Shown: piece by piece, positions 28,737 to 40,800 of the stretch
How positions within the stretch are numbered: position 1 is the first letter of the stretch
Layout of the letters: every line of letters begins with the position of its first letter
Assembly: GCA_029717555.1 (NCBI GenBank)
Contig: JAMDHS010000005.1
Location: forward strand, 248,001 to 312,000
From: Peribolospora baueri
Lineage: Eukaryota
Length of the DNA: 64,000 nucleotides
Direction: 5' to 3'
Position numbers and translations under genes: made by a program
The notes under the pieces: generated by a model
Told to the model about the DNA's origin: nothing
What the model saw: only the letters and a program-made list of their open reading frames with translations
The model's database searches: none

Positions 28737-29120
28737 TGTGAAATGAAGATGGGAGGACCTTCCGTTCCCGGCTCTCATTTGGGCGGATACGGCTGGACGG
28801 GCCGTAGACGAGGTTGGAGACGAGACGTCGTCGAGCGCGGTTAGGACGGATGCGACGAGTCGAGTCGGTGCGCTCCTCCTTCCTTCCTTCCTTCCTTCCT
28901 CTCGACGGCACGCCACGGACCGGCCATGTCACACGCCCGTCTCGCTCTGCCCCCTCCACCGTCTGTCTATCTGTCTGTCGGTCGGTCCCCCTGTATGTCA
29001 CTCGATCACCCAGGCACGAGAGGGCGTGCACACGGAGAGATGATATTGGCTCGACCTCTGCGCGGAGGAGCTGTGGGTGTGACCCGTCCATACATAGCCC
29101 GCGGTCCTTGCCTGTTGGTC

Positions 29121-29144
29121 CATACATACATACATACATACATA
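29121..29144. repeat. (CATA)6 microsatellite
   Basis: Read directly from the sequence. Confidence 0.9.
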
Positions 29145-30650
29145 CCACACCATACCATCGCAGTGGGGAGTCCCTCCCTCCCTTCCTCCGTCATGATCGA
29201 AGGAAGGGGAGGGCACGTCGGCGTGCCTGCCGGGAGGTACGTGAATGTCTCACCGGCACGCCGGAATGCTCCCACTCGTACACCAACTAGCTTCCCATAT
29301 GTACGAGGGCTTTCTTGAGACCGATGAACCGACTTGATGATGATGATGAACCGAGATGAAGATGGTGGTGATGGTAGCGGTGGCATACGTTTATTTCCTT
29401 CGTTCCCGCCTGGCCTCCTAGGACCTCGCCGCCTCGGAGAGGGATTGGGCGGGGCGGCGTGGGCGGGAAAGGAGCCGAGACGGGGGAAGGGGGTAAACTC
29501 ATTAAGCCGGTCTGGACGGAGGCAAAAAAGGTCGCCGAGGGCGAAGGGGAAGGAGAAGGGAAGGGTCGTGCAAGCGTCTGTCGGTGGTTGGTACGGGTGG
29601 ACGAATGAGGCAAGGTCGTCCGGTCCGGCCTGCTCTCACTCTGGCTCTGGTACGATCGATGATCTATCCCTCATTTTCTTTTGCCCCATCTTTCTTTCTT
29701 TCTTCGATTGCCGGTTGCACTCGTCGGGGTGTGTTCGATGTTCGATATGTACTTGCTTGATCTTTTGCGTTCGGAAGCAGTCGGATTCGCGTGAGTTGGG
29801 AGCGGGTCGAGGCCTGCCCCGCCCTCCGCTCCGCCTGACTGTGACGTGCGTATGGGTGGGCGTGAAACGGAGTGTCGACCCTTCTTCGTGTCTGTCTGTC
29901 TGTCTTTCTTTCTTTCACGAGACATCGACCCGGACGAGACGTGGATGAAGAGAAGGAAAGAACGCCGGGGAGCCAGTTGCCGGTCATCAGCGCGACGTGC
30001 GACAGACAGCCAAGACAGGCCGGCGTTGGAGAAAAGAAAAGAAGCCGGGCTCATCATCAGCTGCCTCTTGAGGACGGCGATGGCTCCCGCTCCCGCTCGC
30101 CACCAACACCGCCGTCGCCGTCTCTCCATAAAAATGTCCCCGTGACCCGAAAGAAAGGCCTTTGCTGCCCGCTTCCGCTTGCACCCTCGACAACCCAACG
30201 GCGACTTGGCCTGGCTCAACGGACGCCACTCGCTCGCCTTGTCTCGTTCCATAGATAGACAGACACCCAGCTCTTTTCTATTCCCCGGACCCTCCGCCGT
30301 AGACCTTGCCCTGTCCGGAAGCTGCGCCGTAAGTCGCCGCTTTCGCCTCGCCTCGCCTCAACTCGCCTCGCCCGCATCGTCTCTTTGCCGCCCGCGCCTA
30401 GACCCATAGAGCAGGCCCCATCTCGAGCGTCCTCAACGCCGTACGGCCACACCCGCTGGCCATCGTCGTCGTTGTCGTCGTCGTCGCCGTCGCCCCGGAC
30501 GCGTACATAAGGACGGCGTTCTCACCTTTCCACGACCGCCCGACACAATCAGTCCGTCCAGACGGCCTCCCCGACCATCTCCTTCTCGCCTTGCCCGCTC
30601 GACGGCTACGTCGTTGTCGACCGCCGGCTACGCTGGCCACCTTCCACGCC

Positions 30651-31958
30651 ATGGTCCTCCCGGCCCCGTTCGCCAGCGCTTCTGCCTCCCCCCTCTTCGA
30701 CCCCATCCCAACCAGCCCGTCGCTCTCCGCCTCGCTCGTCGCGCTCTCCTTCCTTGCAGGCCACGAATACGCCGTCGACGTCGGAAAGCGGCCCATCACT
30801 CCTCACCGCCGCTCGCCTCTTCCGACGCTCAAGATGCCTGCGAGGGCCTCCGTCGGCGCTTGCGGGCTCTGGTTCGGCGACGACGAGATCGGCTCCAGAG
30901 GAGACCTCGTCAACCTGCCGAGGAAGAAAAAGGTCGATGGCGGACAATCGGCGGAGGCCCTCGTCGGCTCGTCCGTCTCCCCCTCTTCGTCCGCATCGTC
31001 GCTCCCCCTCTCTCCTCCCTCCCTTTCCCACTCGCCTTCCTCCTCCCCTTCCAATGCCTCCGAGTCCTTTCCGCTTGACGAAGTCGTTTCGTCCCCTTGC
31101 CCCGGCCTCGACATCGTCAAGTCATGTCACTCCCCTCTCCCCTCCCCCCGCTCAGTCACACCGCCTCCCTCTTCCTCCCCGGCACCACCGGTACCGGCTC
31201 TCTCCTTGGAGGGACACCCCGCTTTCGACTTGGTGCGACGCATCAAGGAGAAGCATCGCGCTGACCTCTCTCCCGATCATCGCCTTCGCCTGCCCGACGT
31301 CTTCCCGTCTTCGAATCTCCTCGAGAGGAGGAGAGGCGTAGCCGCCGCCGCCGCCATACCCCGCTTGGCCTTGTCCACGGCGGACGGAAACGCCTGTGAT
31401 GGTTCCTTCTCCCCCATGGCGCGCACACCGAGCGCCGACTCCAACATCAGTTCGTGCGCCGTCTCCGATACCACGGCCAGCGAGGATATGGTTCCTCCTA
31501 AGCCCCGCCCTCGCTCCCATGTCCTTGCCACTGCTCTTCCTCGTCCCCCTCGACCTCGCTTGTCGTCGCAGCCCACCTCGGCGCGCACGACCACGGCGCC
31601 GGTCTCGTTCGAGACAGGGAGTTACTTCACCAAGGTACCCGGACGGCCCGACGCCGTCGCCTCGGCTGTCGACGAGGATCCGTACGCTCGCTGTCGTCCT
31701 CGGACGAGGCGTCCGCGCCCTCTGACGCCGGGCGGCGCCCTTCGTGGGCGTGCACAAGACGGCAACGGCGACGCTCGACGGCCTGCCCTCGCCCCTCCTG
31801 CTGCTTTCGAGCCCGCCGGCGGTCGGCCGGGACAGCTGACGCCGGACTTGGATGACCTCCCTCTTTCGTCCAAGTGGTATCGTAGGGGCTTCGGTGGCTC
31901 CTTCGGTGGACGAGCAGGGCCCTGGAAGTGGAACCTCGACGGCGTCGGCGCCGAGTGA
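30651..31958 (+). CDS. Intronless Ser/Pro/Arg-rich hypothetical protein (~435 aa)
   Basis: Long open frame with ATG in GCC-ATG-G context and C-ending codon bias like neighbouring genes. No recognisable domain. Confidence 0.55.
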   Translation: MVLPAPFASASASPLFDPIPTSPSLSASLVALSFLAGHEYAVDVGKRPITPHRRSPLPTLKMPARASVGACGLWFGDDEIGSRGDLVNLPRKKKVDGGQSAEALVGSSVSPSSSASSLPLSPPSLSHSPSSSPSNASESFPLDEVVSSPCPGLDIVKSCHSPLPSPRSVTPPPSSSPAPPVPALSLEGHPAFDLVRRIKEKHRADLSPDHRLRLPDVFPSSNLLERRRGVAAAAAIPRLALSTADGNACDGSFSPMARTPSADSNISSCAVSDTTASEDMVPPKPRPRSHVLATALPRPPRPRLSSQPTSARTTTAPVSFETGSYFTKVPGRPDAVASAVDEDPYARCRPRTRRPRPLTPGGALRGRAQDGNGDARRPALAPPAAFEPAGGRPGQLTPDLDDLPLSSKWYRRGFGGSFGGRAGPWKWNLDGVGAE

Positions 31959-32229
31959 CCCTTCCCGCTCGCTGCCTGTCCATGCGTAGAGCATACGATT
32001 TTCGCAGCCATCCCACCTCTTAGTGCCCGGTCTCGTCTCGTCTCGTCTCGTCTCAGTAAAATGTCCGTGGGCGTGTGTGGCGGCCGTTTCTTTGATACCC
32101 CCGCCTCCCTTTTTATTCCCTTTTAGTTTCTCATCGTCCCCTTCTCCGTTCATTCCCCGCGCCGCGCCTCTCATCTGTCCGTCTTCGTTAGCATTCTCAC
32201 CTGTAGCCTTATCATCCGCCTTTACTACC

Positions 32230-32272
32230 CCCCGCGACTCCCCCCGCCCGTCCCCCCCCCCCCCCACCCCCC
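32230..32272 (-). repeat. C-tract cluster (potential G-quadruplex on the minus strand)
   Basis: Five C-runs including C14 at 32252-32265. Confidence 0.5.
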
Positions 32273-32774
32273 GTTGTTCTCCTCCCACCGCTTTCGCGCC
32301 GCCCATCTCACTACAGCACTGTATGCATTTCGAATCTTGGACTCGACGGTGGAAAAAGGACGTTGACTCGTCTGTGTGTGTGTGTGACGATCACAATCTG
32401 ACTCAGTCGACTTGGGCATGACCGAACCGAGTCCTCTTTCCTCCGTCCTTTGGCTCGAGGCGGGGTAGTTTGAGGAGGAGATAAGAGCGCCGAGGAATAA
32501 CGCAGACAAGACAGACGATCGATCGATCACCGTCGCACCACCGGCCTAGGCGGCGACGGCCGAGGCCAGCCATTCAGACAAAAGGTGGATGGTGTGTGAC
32601 ACGACCGAGAGACGTGCTATCCCAGTACGGACGGAATATGTGGGCCATCGGTCTCTGTGTCTCCACCACGACATGACGGGCGGGTTTGGCCATCAAGGGG
32701 CTTTTTTTACCAGATGTCGGTGGCGGTGGCGCGCCATCTTGTCACAATTAAAAAAAAATAAAAAGGCGAAATCC

Positions 32775-32780
32775 AAAAAA
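32775..32780 (-). terminator. RNA polymerase III oligo-T terminator
   Basis: T6 on the minus strand, 1 nt after the tRNA discriminator base. Confidence 0.8.
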
Positions 32781-32781
32781 T

Positions 32782-32859
32782 CTCCCATCCAGGGAATCGA
32801 ACCCTGAACTCTTCGGATCACGTGAAAACGAAGTGTGATTGCCGTTTCACCAAATGGGA
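32782..32859 (-). tRNA. tRNA-Glu(TTC) with 6-nt intron (32817-32822)
   Basis: Full cloverleaf: acceptor TCCCATT/GATGGGA, D stem GTGA/TCAC, anticodon stem CTTCG/CGAAG, loop TT-TTC-A-[CGTGAT]-C, T arm CAGGG-TTCGATT-CCCTG, discriminator G. Confidence 0.93.
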
Positions 32860-33389
32860 CGCATACGTGTTGAACAACGGAAACTAGATACACATACGTG
32901 TCGCGCTGCAGAGCCGCTCAACGGTAGTGAGTAACATGGTAGAAGCGGCGATCCTCCTTCCCGGTAACAAACGAGTAAAATATGGGGAGGAGCGCAGATA
33001 ACCTAATCTGCTCCGGATTCTCTAAAGATCTGGCAGCAAAGTCATGTCGGCGTGGTATTTTTGCCGGAACGGTCGAGGAAGGACCATCCGCCGCCGCCGT
33101 TGTCGTCGTTCGCGCCCGGCTCCGCATCGCCCATCTGAGATGTCCGGCCGCTCTGGGCCGTCACGGTGAACGCATCCTCCAGTCTACGCCTGCTGTTGGT
33201 GACCTACGAGGGGGATAGAGAGCTCCTCCTCGCGAAATCTCTCGTCTACAGGAGCGAGCCTCGCACCGCGGACGCGTAAATGGAACCGCAGCTCACCGCG
33301 GACGATCCGGGATCGGATTAGGCGGATTGGCAACATCGACCGACGACGGACGAAGCGACGACGATTTAACGCAAACCGCCACGTTCGCC

Positions 33390-34279
33390 ATGCCGCCCTC
33401 GCTCATGCCCTCGGCGGACATGCTCTGGGTCTCCCCCGAGTTCTCCCGTTCTCAGGCTTTTGTCTCGCTGTCCCGCGGCTCGCGTTCGGACGACAGGGCG
33501 GATAATAGGCCGACGACGACGGCGATGGCGACGGTCAGCAGGGAGACGTTGATGAGAGAGCTCAGGGGCATGCCGCCCACCGGATCGCAGAGGGAGGCGC
33601 AGGAACTAAGCGAGGATGAGGAGGATTGGGAAGATAGAGTGAGGACATGATTTCCAGTCGAGTCGCTCCGCGCGTCTCTTGGTCACCCTCATCATCGTCT
33701 CCCTTTCGCCTGTCCCCATCCATCCATCTTCCACCTCTCTCCACCTGCGCCCCCACTCGGCAGAAAGAGGACATCAGAATGTTCGGCCACCACTGGCTCA
33801 GGCCGATCGGCGTCACCTTTACGGCCTTGGAGAAAGACACTGACGTGAGCCGCGCACGTCTTCCCTTTGACCTGCCACGTCCCCTTTTTTTCCCCAGCTC
33901 CTCGTTCCCACTGACATTACCGACATTCTCTCGTCGCTCTCCCCTCCCCCTGACGCATTGCCTCGCGCAGCAAGAAGACGAGGAAGGCCGCGGCTACGTG
34001 TCCATCGACGATGAAGGCGGTCCCGTTGACCCCAGCTTCGGATTCGAACATCACCACCCCGCTCAGGCGCGGGCGGACGCTGCCGCCGCCGTCGCCGCCG
34101 AAGCGGCTCGTCGAGGGTACGCGCCGCGTGGTGCAAATGAGGAAGGGTACAGTTACGACGATGCCGACGTGGATCTGGACGCGAGCATCGAAGATCGGGA
34201 CGCGGATTTGGATGTGGATATGGAAGCGGAGGAAGAGGAGGAGAGGGATCTGGACGCTAGCATAGAGGACAGGGACTAA
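33390..34279 (+). CDS. APC15: Anaphase-promoting complex subunit Apc15/Mnd2-like
   Basis: 3 exons (33390-33638, 33764-33844, 33971-34279). RKEDIRMFGHHWLRPIGV resembles the fungal Apc15 core (R..I..FG..W..P.G). Acidic tail with DLD motifs. Confidence 0.68.
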
Positions 34280-34540
34280 CCGTTGCGAGCTTTCTCTTCT
34301 CGGCCAGCGTGATTGGCTTTCTTGATAGGCCTCCTCATATTCGTCCGGACTGCATCGCATTGTATTTTATGGTCGTACTCTGCCCTGAACGGGCTCATGC
34401 GGGAAATCGCGGCTCGCCAAGACTCGGGGTTCCAGAGGGCCGGAATTCGCAGCCACGCGCGTACGTACAAGATACGTGCGGACAGCGAGGGCATGTAGAA
34501 GCAAAGGGAGACACCGAAGCAGGGGCAACATGGAGAACGC

Positions 34541-37500
34541 CTACGGAACGCCGTTCGCGCCCATCGCATTCGCCTTCCTGATCTTTTCCACAGCCTCGTC
34601 GCCGAGCAAGAAGCGCCAAAGGGCCGTTTCGTCTTTATAGTCGTGGTGGACGATAGTGACGAGCCATCGACTATCTCCGATGGACCTGAGCAGCTGACGA
34701 GAAGCAGACCTGGGAGGGTAGAGCACCTCCCACTCGGACCAAATCGCAAAGGCTTCCTCCTGCGAAACGACGAGAGAAGCCGCGAGTAGAACAGCTGAGC
34801 GACTTGGCAGAAATGAGCCCATATGAGAGTGTGGACGGGAAAGGCCTACCTTCCAAGCTTTGAATGATTCTTCCTCGATGATCGTCGGCTGCACGATCTC
34901 TTTGCCCGGGAAGACGCCCCAGGTGACGGCATTGACATCGTCGGCGGACGTGTTCGTTTGCAGCTCGCCCTGTCGCCGGCAGAGGGAACGACAAAGCGAT
35001 TATTTAACGAGGCCGCATTTCGCTCGTTATCAAGATCGGCACGGCGTCGATGGAGTTCGTGCGGCGAATAGGGATCGGACTAGATCAGATATGATCGACT
35101 CACCTTGCGATTACCGGCATAATACGTGATATTCCCGCCCTCCCTCTCCACCCTCCCAACCAGCTCGTCTTTTGCCTTCTCGTCCAAGAAAAACTCGACA
35201 AAAGCTTTCTGGAAGACGTAACCTCCTCTGGGCCCAAAGCCATACACCTCGTCCTCGCTCTTAACCCCGTCCACGGCAGGCTGGGATCCAACGGTCCACC
35301 AGCCCCTTGGCTCTTCGTTGAGGGAAAGAAGGAAAGGCTGGATGCTCCTCGTTTCAGGTAACAGGGGCTCATCGCACCACGGTACACACCTAAGCGAGCT
35401 CTCGAGGTAGCGCACGAAGATGCGTGAGATGTCCGAGTCGCTCGTCGGCGTGCCCCAGAGCCGGAGGGCGACCTTCGGTTGCACCTTCAAGCTCACGCCC
35501 CACCCGTCCAATTCTCCGTACGCTGGCGAGCGGCTGTCTCCAAACCGTCCGTTCGGGAACTCGTCCCACGTCGAAACCGCCTGGTCTGATTGGAGAGGAG
35601 GGCCCGTCTCTGGTATCGCTACCGATGCTGGTGCCGGTTCATGGCGGGAGGAGGTGGCTTGAGCCTGAGCGGCCACGGGGAGTCGGTCCCCGGCGGCCAA
35701 CGTGGAAATGGGTCCCGCGGCCGAGGCGCGGGCGACAGTGCGAGAGAACGCCTCTGATGACGTCACTTTGAGCTCTGCTGGGGTCGCGTGACCGCTTCGG
35801 TCCTGAAGTGACAAAAAGATGTGAGATGAAAAAGACGACAAGCTGTCAGCGACGCCATGTGAAAGCCAAATGGACAAGAGTGGATGATGAACGCAGCGAC
35901 AGGACGGGCAACTCACCGAGATGATTGGGTTGTCGGTCTCAAGTTCTGGCCGACGCCCCACAGTACCATTGATCGCGCCGCGCCCGTCACTCGCTCCATC
36001 GACGACCGGCCTCCTCTCCTCCTCCTTCTCGACCCACGTCAACTCCTCCAAGACCTTCCTAACGCTCTTCTCTAGGTTGAGCGTACATAAATGAAATCCT
36101 TTGATCCCATCTTCTTTATACAACCTCTTTACCATATCGATCGCCAGACGGACGCCATACGATTTTACCTTCGCGTCGTCCGCTCGGATGGGCTCGAGGG
36201 CAGCGCTGATGGAAGTGGGGACGGAGGAGCGGCAAAGGTTTGTGAGGCGGCGGAAGGACGAGTACGATTGTATGGGCATGATGCCCGGAAGAATGGGGAT
36301 GGTGATGCCTGCGACGCGGATGCGTGTAGTCGATCAAACATCATATGAGACCTAGGGTGTCCGAGATCGTCGCTTGGAGAAGACGGCGACTCACCATGTT
36401 CCCTACACCTTCTCAACCAACTCAAAAACGCGTCAACGTCATAGAACAGCTGCGTGACGACGAAATCCGCTCCGGCATCCTGCTTGGCCTTCAAGAAATC
36501 GACGTCCAGATCGCCGGAAGACTCGCTGAGGTCGTCGGCTGGTCCCGGAACTTGGGAGGAGCTGGCGATGGAAGGGGAGAGGATGGGAGAGGACGGGGAT
36601 GCGGACATGAGATGCGCGTCCGGGTGGCCTTCAGGATATCCTGGGAGCAAAGACGTATATTTCGAATGCTAAACTGTTAAGAGCCTCGCTCGTATGTATC
36701 GGTCAAAGAAATGGGAAAAGGTCAAAAGAGACGGCTCACCGGCCACGCCGATGCAGAACCAATCTCCGTGTTGCTCTCGGATATATTTCACCAGGTCGAC
36801 AGCGTGCTGGAAACGTGGATCAGAGGCTATCCAGTACTCCTCTCCTCTCGGAGGGTCTGAGCAATTGGAAAGAAGAAAAAGAAAGAGAAGAGGAAGGCAA
36901 AGAGCAGATTGGTTAGGAGGCGGCTTATCGAACGCCAGGAATTTCTGGATGTCAAGGGGCTTTATTGGACAGTCGAAAGGACTCACCGCCACGCAGGGCA
37001 AGGACGTTGCGGATGCCGAGGTCCTTCGCTTTCTGATAAATTGAATAACCAAGGAGGGAAGGAACAGGGCGTAGAAAGGCGGAAGGTGGATGAGCGTCTG
37101 ACCCAATCGGGGAACCTCAGTACGACTCACGGCCAAGGTGTTATCCAGTAGCTCCTTTTCCATGTTGGTGCAAGTCAGATGCAGACAAGCGTCCACTCCG
37201 TACTCTTGTTGGCAAGCTCCCGCGAGCTGCAACGAGCGCTCCTGCGTCGACCCTCCAGCTCCCCAAGTGATTTGAACCCACGCCGGGTTGAGCGTGGTCA
37301 TGCGGGCTATGCGGGAGTAGAGATTGCGGAGGCCCTGTGGAAGAGAGCATGGGAATCAACCGGGAGGAAGTCGGACGAGATCGACGAGAGGAGAGCGCAT
37401 CGAAGATTCATTCAGCAAATGACAGACATCTCGGGTGAATGAGCTGCCGGCCGACTGGCGTACCTGAGAGGTCTTGGGCGGGAAGAACTCGAGCGACCAG

Positions 37501-37550
37501 AACGGTTTGCCGGCCGCGTCGGCCTGCGCTATGTGTTCCGTGATCTTCAT
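34541..37550 (-). CDS. MTHFR: Methylenetetrahydrofolate reductase (eukaryotic, with SAM-binding regulatory domain)
   Basis: 9 exons. Motifs SLEFFPPKT, TWGAGGST, HLTCTN, ALRGDPPRG, GVAGYPEGH and GADFVVTQLFYD. Regulatory domain WDEFPNGRFGDSRSPAYG, YVFQKAFVEFF, NAVTWGVFPGKEIVQPT. Confidence 0.96.
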
Positions 37551-37808
37551 GGCGAAGGCCTGGCTAGCGGGAGGAGAGGGTGATAGCAGGATGGTGGGAA
37601 CGATGAGGAGGTGGTCGCCCTGCAACCTCGCTCGCTACCTTGCCCTTTTCTGAGCCGATCTCGCCTTCGTGTCTTCCCGGCGTCCGCCTTTCACGCAGCC
37701 CGATCACCGCAGTCGATCCGCGATAGCCGAGCCCGCGTCCGTCGGTTTGCCACGAGCAGGGAAGAAAACACCACCAAGTTCTATCCACCGAGACAACGAC
37801 CGACGAGC
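37551..37808. promoter_or_regulatory. Probable bidirectional promoter MTHFR/UPF1
   Basis: Divergent ATGs are 258 nt apart. Confidence 0.55.
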
Positions 37809-40800
37809 ATGGACGACGAGGACGCCTTCGAGCACTTCGAAGGCGCTTCCACCTACTCCTTCAATGACACCCAGTCTATCCGATCCGGTGTCACAGCCCG
37901 CACTGAGCGCGCCTCCGTCGGTGGCGCCTCCAAGTTGCACCAGCACCCGTCGCAGCAGCAGCAGCAACAGCAGGATGATGACGGAGGACCCCGTCAGAGT
38001 CGGCTCGGAAACGGGGGATCAACCGATTTCGATCTTGACCATGCCGATCTGAGCAAGCTGGACCTCAACCTCGATGGCGATGATCTGTCCCTTCACTCCC
38101 CTCATGGTGCCGAACAAGGTGGAGTTCAGAATGGTCAGCACGCGGGGCTGACGGGCAAAGGATTGACGCTCGAGGAGGCGGAGGAGTTCGATGGAGTGCT
38201 GGATGATCTTAATAGGGACTTGCCGCCGCATGCTTGTAGGTGAGTATGAGCTGTTTGCAAAGTTACCACGAGGGCGAGGAGGATGCGATACAATGGAGGG
38301 CAAGGGGGGCGACTACAGATGACTACACGGACGGACAGGCAAAGGCAACAAGCTCATCACGTTCATTACTTTGACCTATAGCTATTGCGGTATTCACAAT
38401 CCGGCTTGCGTGGTCAAGTGCCTTGTTTGCAACAAATGGTGAGGGAGCACTTCGACTGTCCTGCCTTCTTCATCCTCGCACGAATTTCCTTGCATCATCT
38501 GGCTCACTGCCCCCCCCCCTTATTTCGTCAATCTCCTTTCGTCGCCCATCAGGTTCTGCAACTCCCGTGGAGCCTCGTCGTCTTCTCACATCGTTAACCA
38601 TCTTGTCCGTGCAAAGCACAAAGAGGTTCAGCTCCACCCTGATTCGCCTTTGGGAGAGACGACGCCGGAATGCTACAACTGCGGCGCGAAGAACGTGTTC
38701 CTGCTGGGATTCATTCCGGCAAAGTCAGAAACGGTTGTGGTGTTGCTTTGTCGGTGAGTAGGAGCGAAGCGACGATCCAAATGGTTCTTTGGGATGCTAT
38801 GCCGTCCCTGACAGGCATGCGTCGCGAATGAGATCTGATCATATATTCATCATCCCCCTATTTCACTTCTTCCATCACTATCTCAGGCAACCGTGCGCAG
38901 CTCTTTCCACCTCCAAAGACATCCTGTGGGATACGTCTTCCTGGGCGCCTCTAATCGACGACCGTTGCTTCCTCACCTGGCTCGTCAAGATGCCTAGCGA
39001 ACAAGAGCAGCTTCGCGCGAGGCAGATCACCTTCCACCAGATCAACAAGCTTGAGGAACTTTGGAAAGAGAACGCCACGGCCACCTTGGAGGATTTGGAG
39101 AAGCCTGGCGTCGACGATGAGCCACAGCCGATCCTTCTCAGGTGAGGGAAGGAGTCAGCCATCTTTTTACATGGGAAGGCTGTCTCCATTCACCTTCGCT
39201 GTGCTCAAGCTGACGGACCCCTTGTATGTTTTTTTTACTCCCAATAATCAGGTACGAGGATGCATACCAGTACCAGAACATTTTTGGTCCACTCGTCAAG
39301 ATCGAAGCAGATTACGACAAGAAATTGAAGGAGTCTCAGACGCAGGAGGACATCGTGATTCGGTGGGACATCGGTCTCAACCAGAAGCGTATTGCCTGGT
39401 TCAATTTGCCCAAGCTCGAGAGCGGGGAAGTGAGGCTTGCCGTAGGCGACGAGTTGAGGTTGAGGTACAAGGGCGACTTGCATAAGGAGTGGGACGGCGT
39501 GGGACATGTGATCAAGATCCCGAACAGTGAGTGGTACCCTACTGGCACTCTCTTTTTGTAACCTTTTTTTTTTTTTCCTTTTGGCGGACCACCAGCTGAC
39601 TCTGGACTACTATTGATAGACGTGTCTGACGAGATCGCCGTCGAGCTCCGCCGCTCGGACGGTGTTCCTATCGAGTGCACCCATAACTTCTCTGCCGACT
39701 TTGTGTGGAAGAGTACGAGCTTCGACCGCATGCAGCTTGCGATGAAGACATTCGCCGTCGACGAGCAGAGCGTTAGCGGGTACATCTATCACAAGCTGCT
39801 CGGACATGAGGTCGAACCGCAGATGTTGAGGACGCAGATGCCAAAGAGGTAAATCGAGCGTTCAGATGTCCGTGTGCTTTGCGGACTTTCCTGACCCTGG
39901 TGTTTTGGTCGTCCATTCCGGTTAGGTTCTCCGCGCCGGGCCTTCCCGAACTGAACCACTCGCAAGTATACGCCGTCAAGTCCGTCCTCCAAAAACCGCT
40001 TTCGCTCATCCAAGGCCCACCCGGTACTGGCAAGACGGTAACATCGGCGACAATCGTGTACCAGCTCTCCAAGATGAACCCGGGCCAAGTGCTCGTAGCC
40101 GCCCCATCTAACGTGGCAGTTGACCAGTTGACAGAGAAGATCCACGCAACGGGACTCAAGGTCGTGCGCCTGACGGCCAAATCCCGCGAAGCCTTGGACA
40201 GCCGGATCAACTTCCTTACGCTTCACGAGCAAGTTGCTAACAACGACACGCACGTCGAGCTGCAGAAGCTCATCCAGCTCAAGAACGAGCAAGGGGAGCT
40301 CAGCTCAAGCGACGAAAGGAAGTACAAAGCGCTTACGAGGGCTTGCGAGAAGGAGATCTTGAACACCGCGGATGTCATTTGCTGCACTTGCGTCGGGGCT
40401 GGAGATCCGAGGCTGAGCAAGCTCAAGTTCAGGACCGTGCTAATTGACGAGGCCACGCAAGCTGCTGAACCGTGAGTGCCCATTCCCATACTATTTTCCA
40501 CTCGTTCTTTGGCTGTTGGTTTCACCGGTCTCGTTGACTTCTTCTCTTGACCTCTGACGCTACCTTTCTCGCAGTGAATGCATGATCCCACTTATCCTGG
40601 GCTGCAAGCAAGTTGTCTTCGTAGGCGACCACCTCCAGCTGGGCCCCGTGATCATGAACAAGAAGGCGGCTCGGGCCGGACTCACTCAGTCTCTTTTCGA
40701 GCGCCTCGTCGTCCTCGGCAATCGCCCGATCCGCCTCCAGGTCCAGTATCGCATGCACCCTGCCTTGTCCGAGTTCCCCTCCAACATGTTCTACGAGGGC

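Noticed and set aside
29336..29375. TGATGA runs as a C/D snoRNA box C
   Set aside because: This is an (ATG)n microsatellite with no box D or terminal stem.
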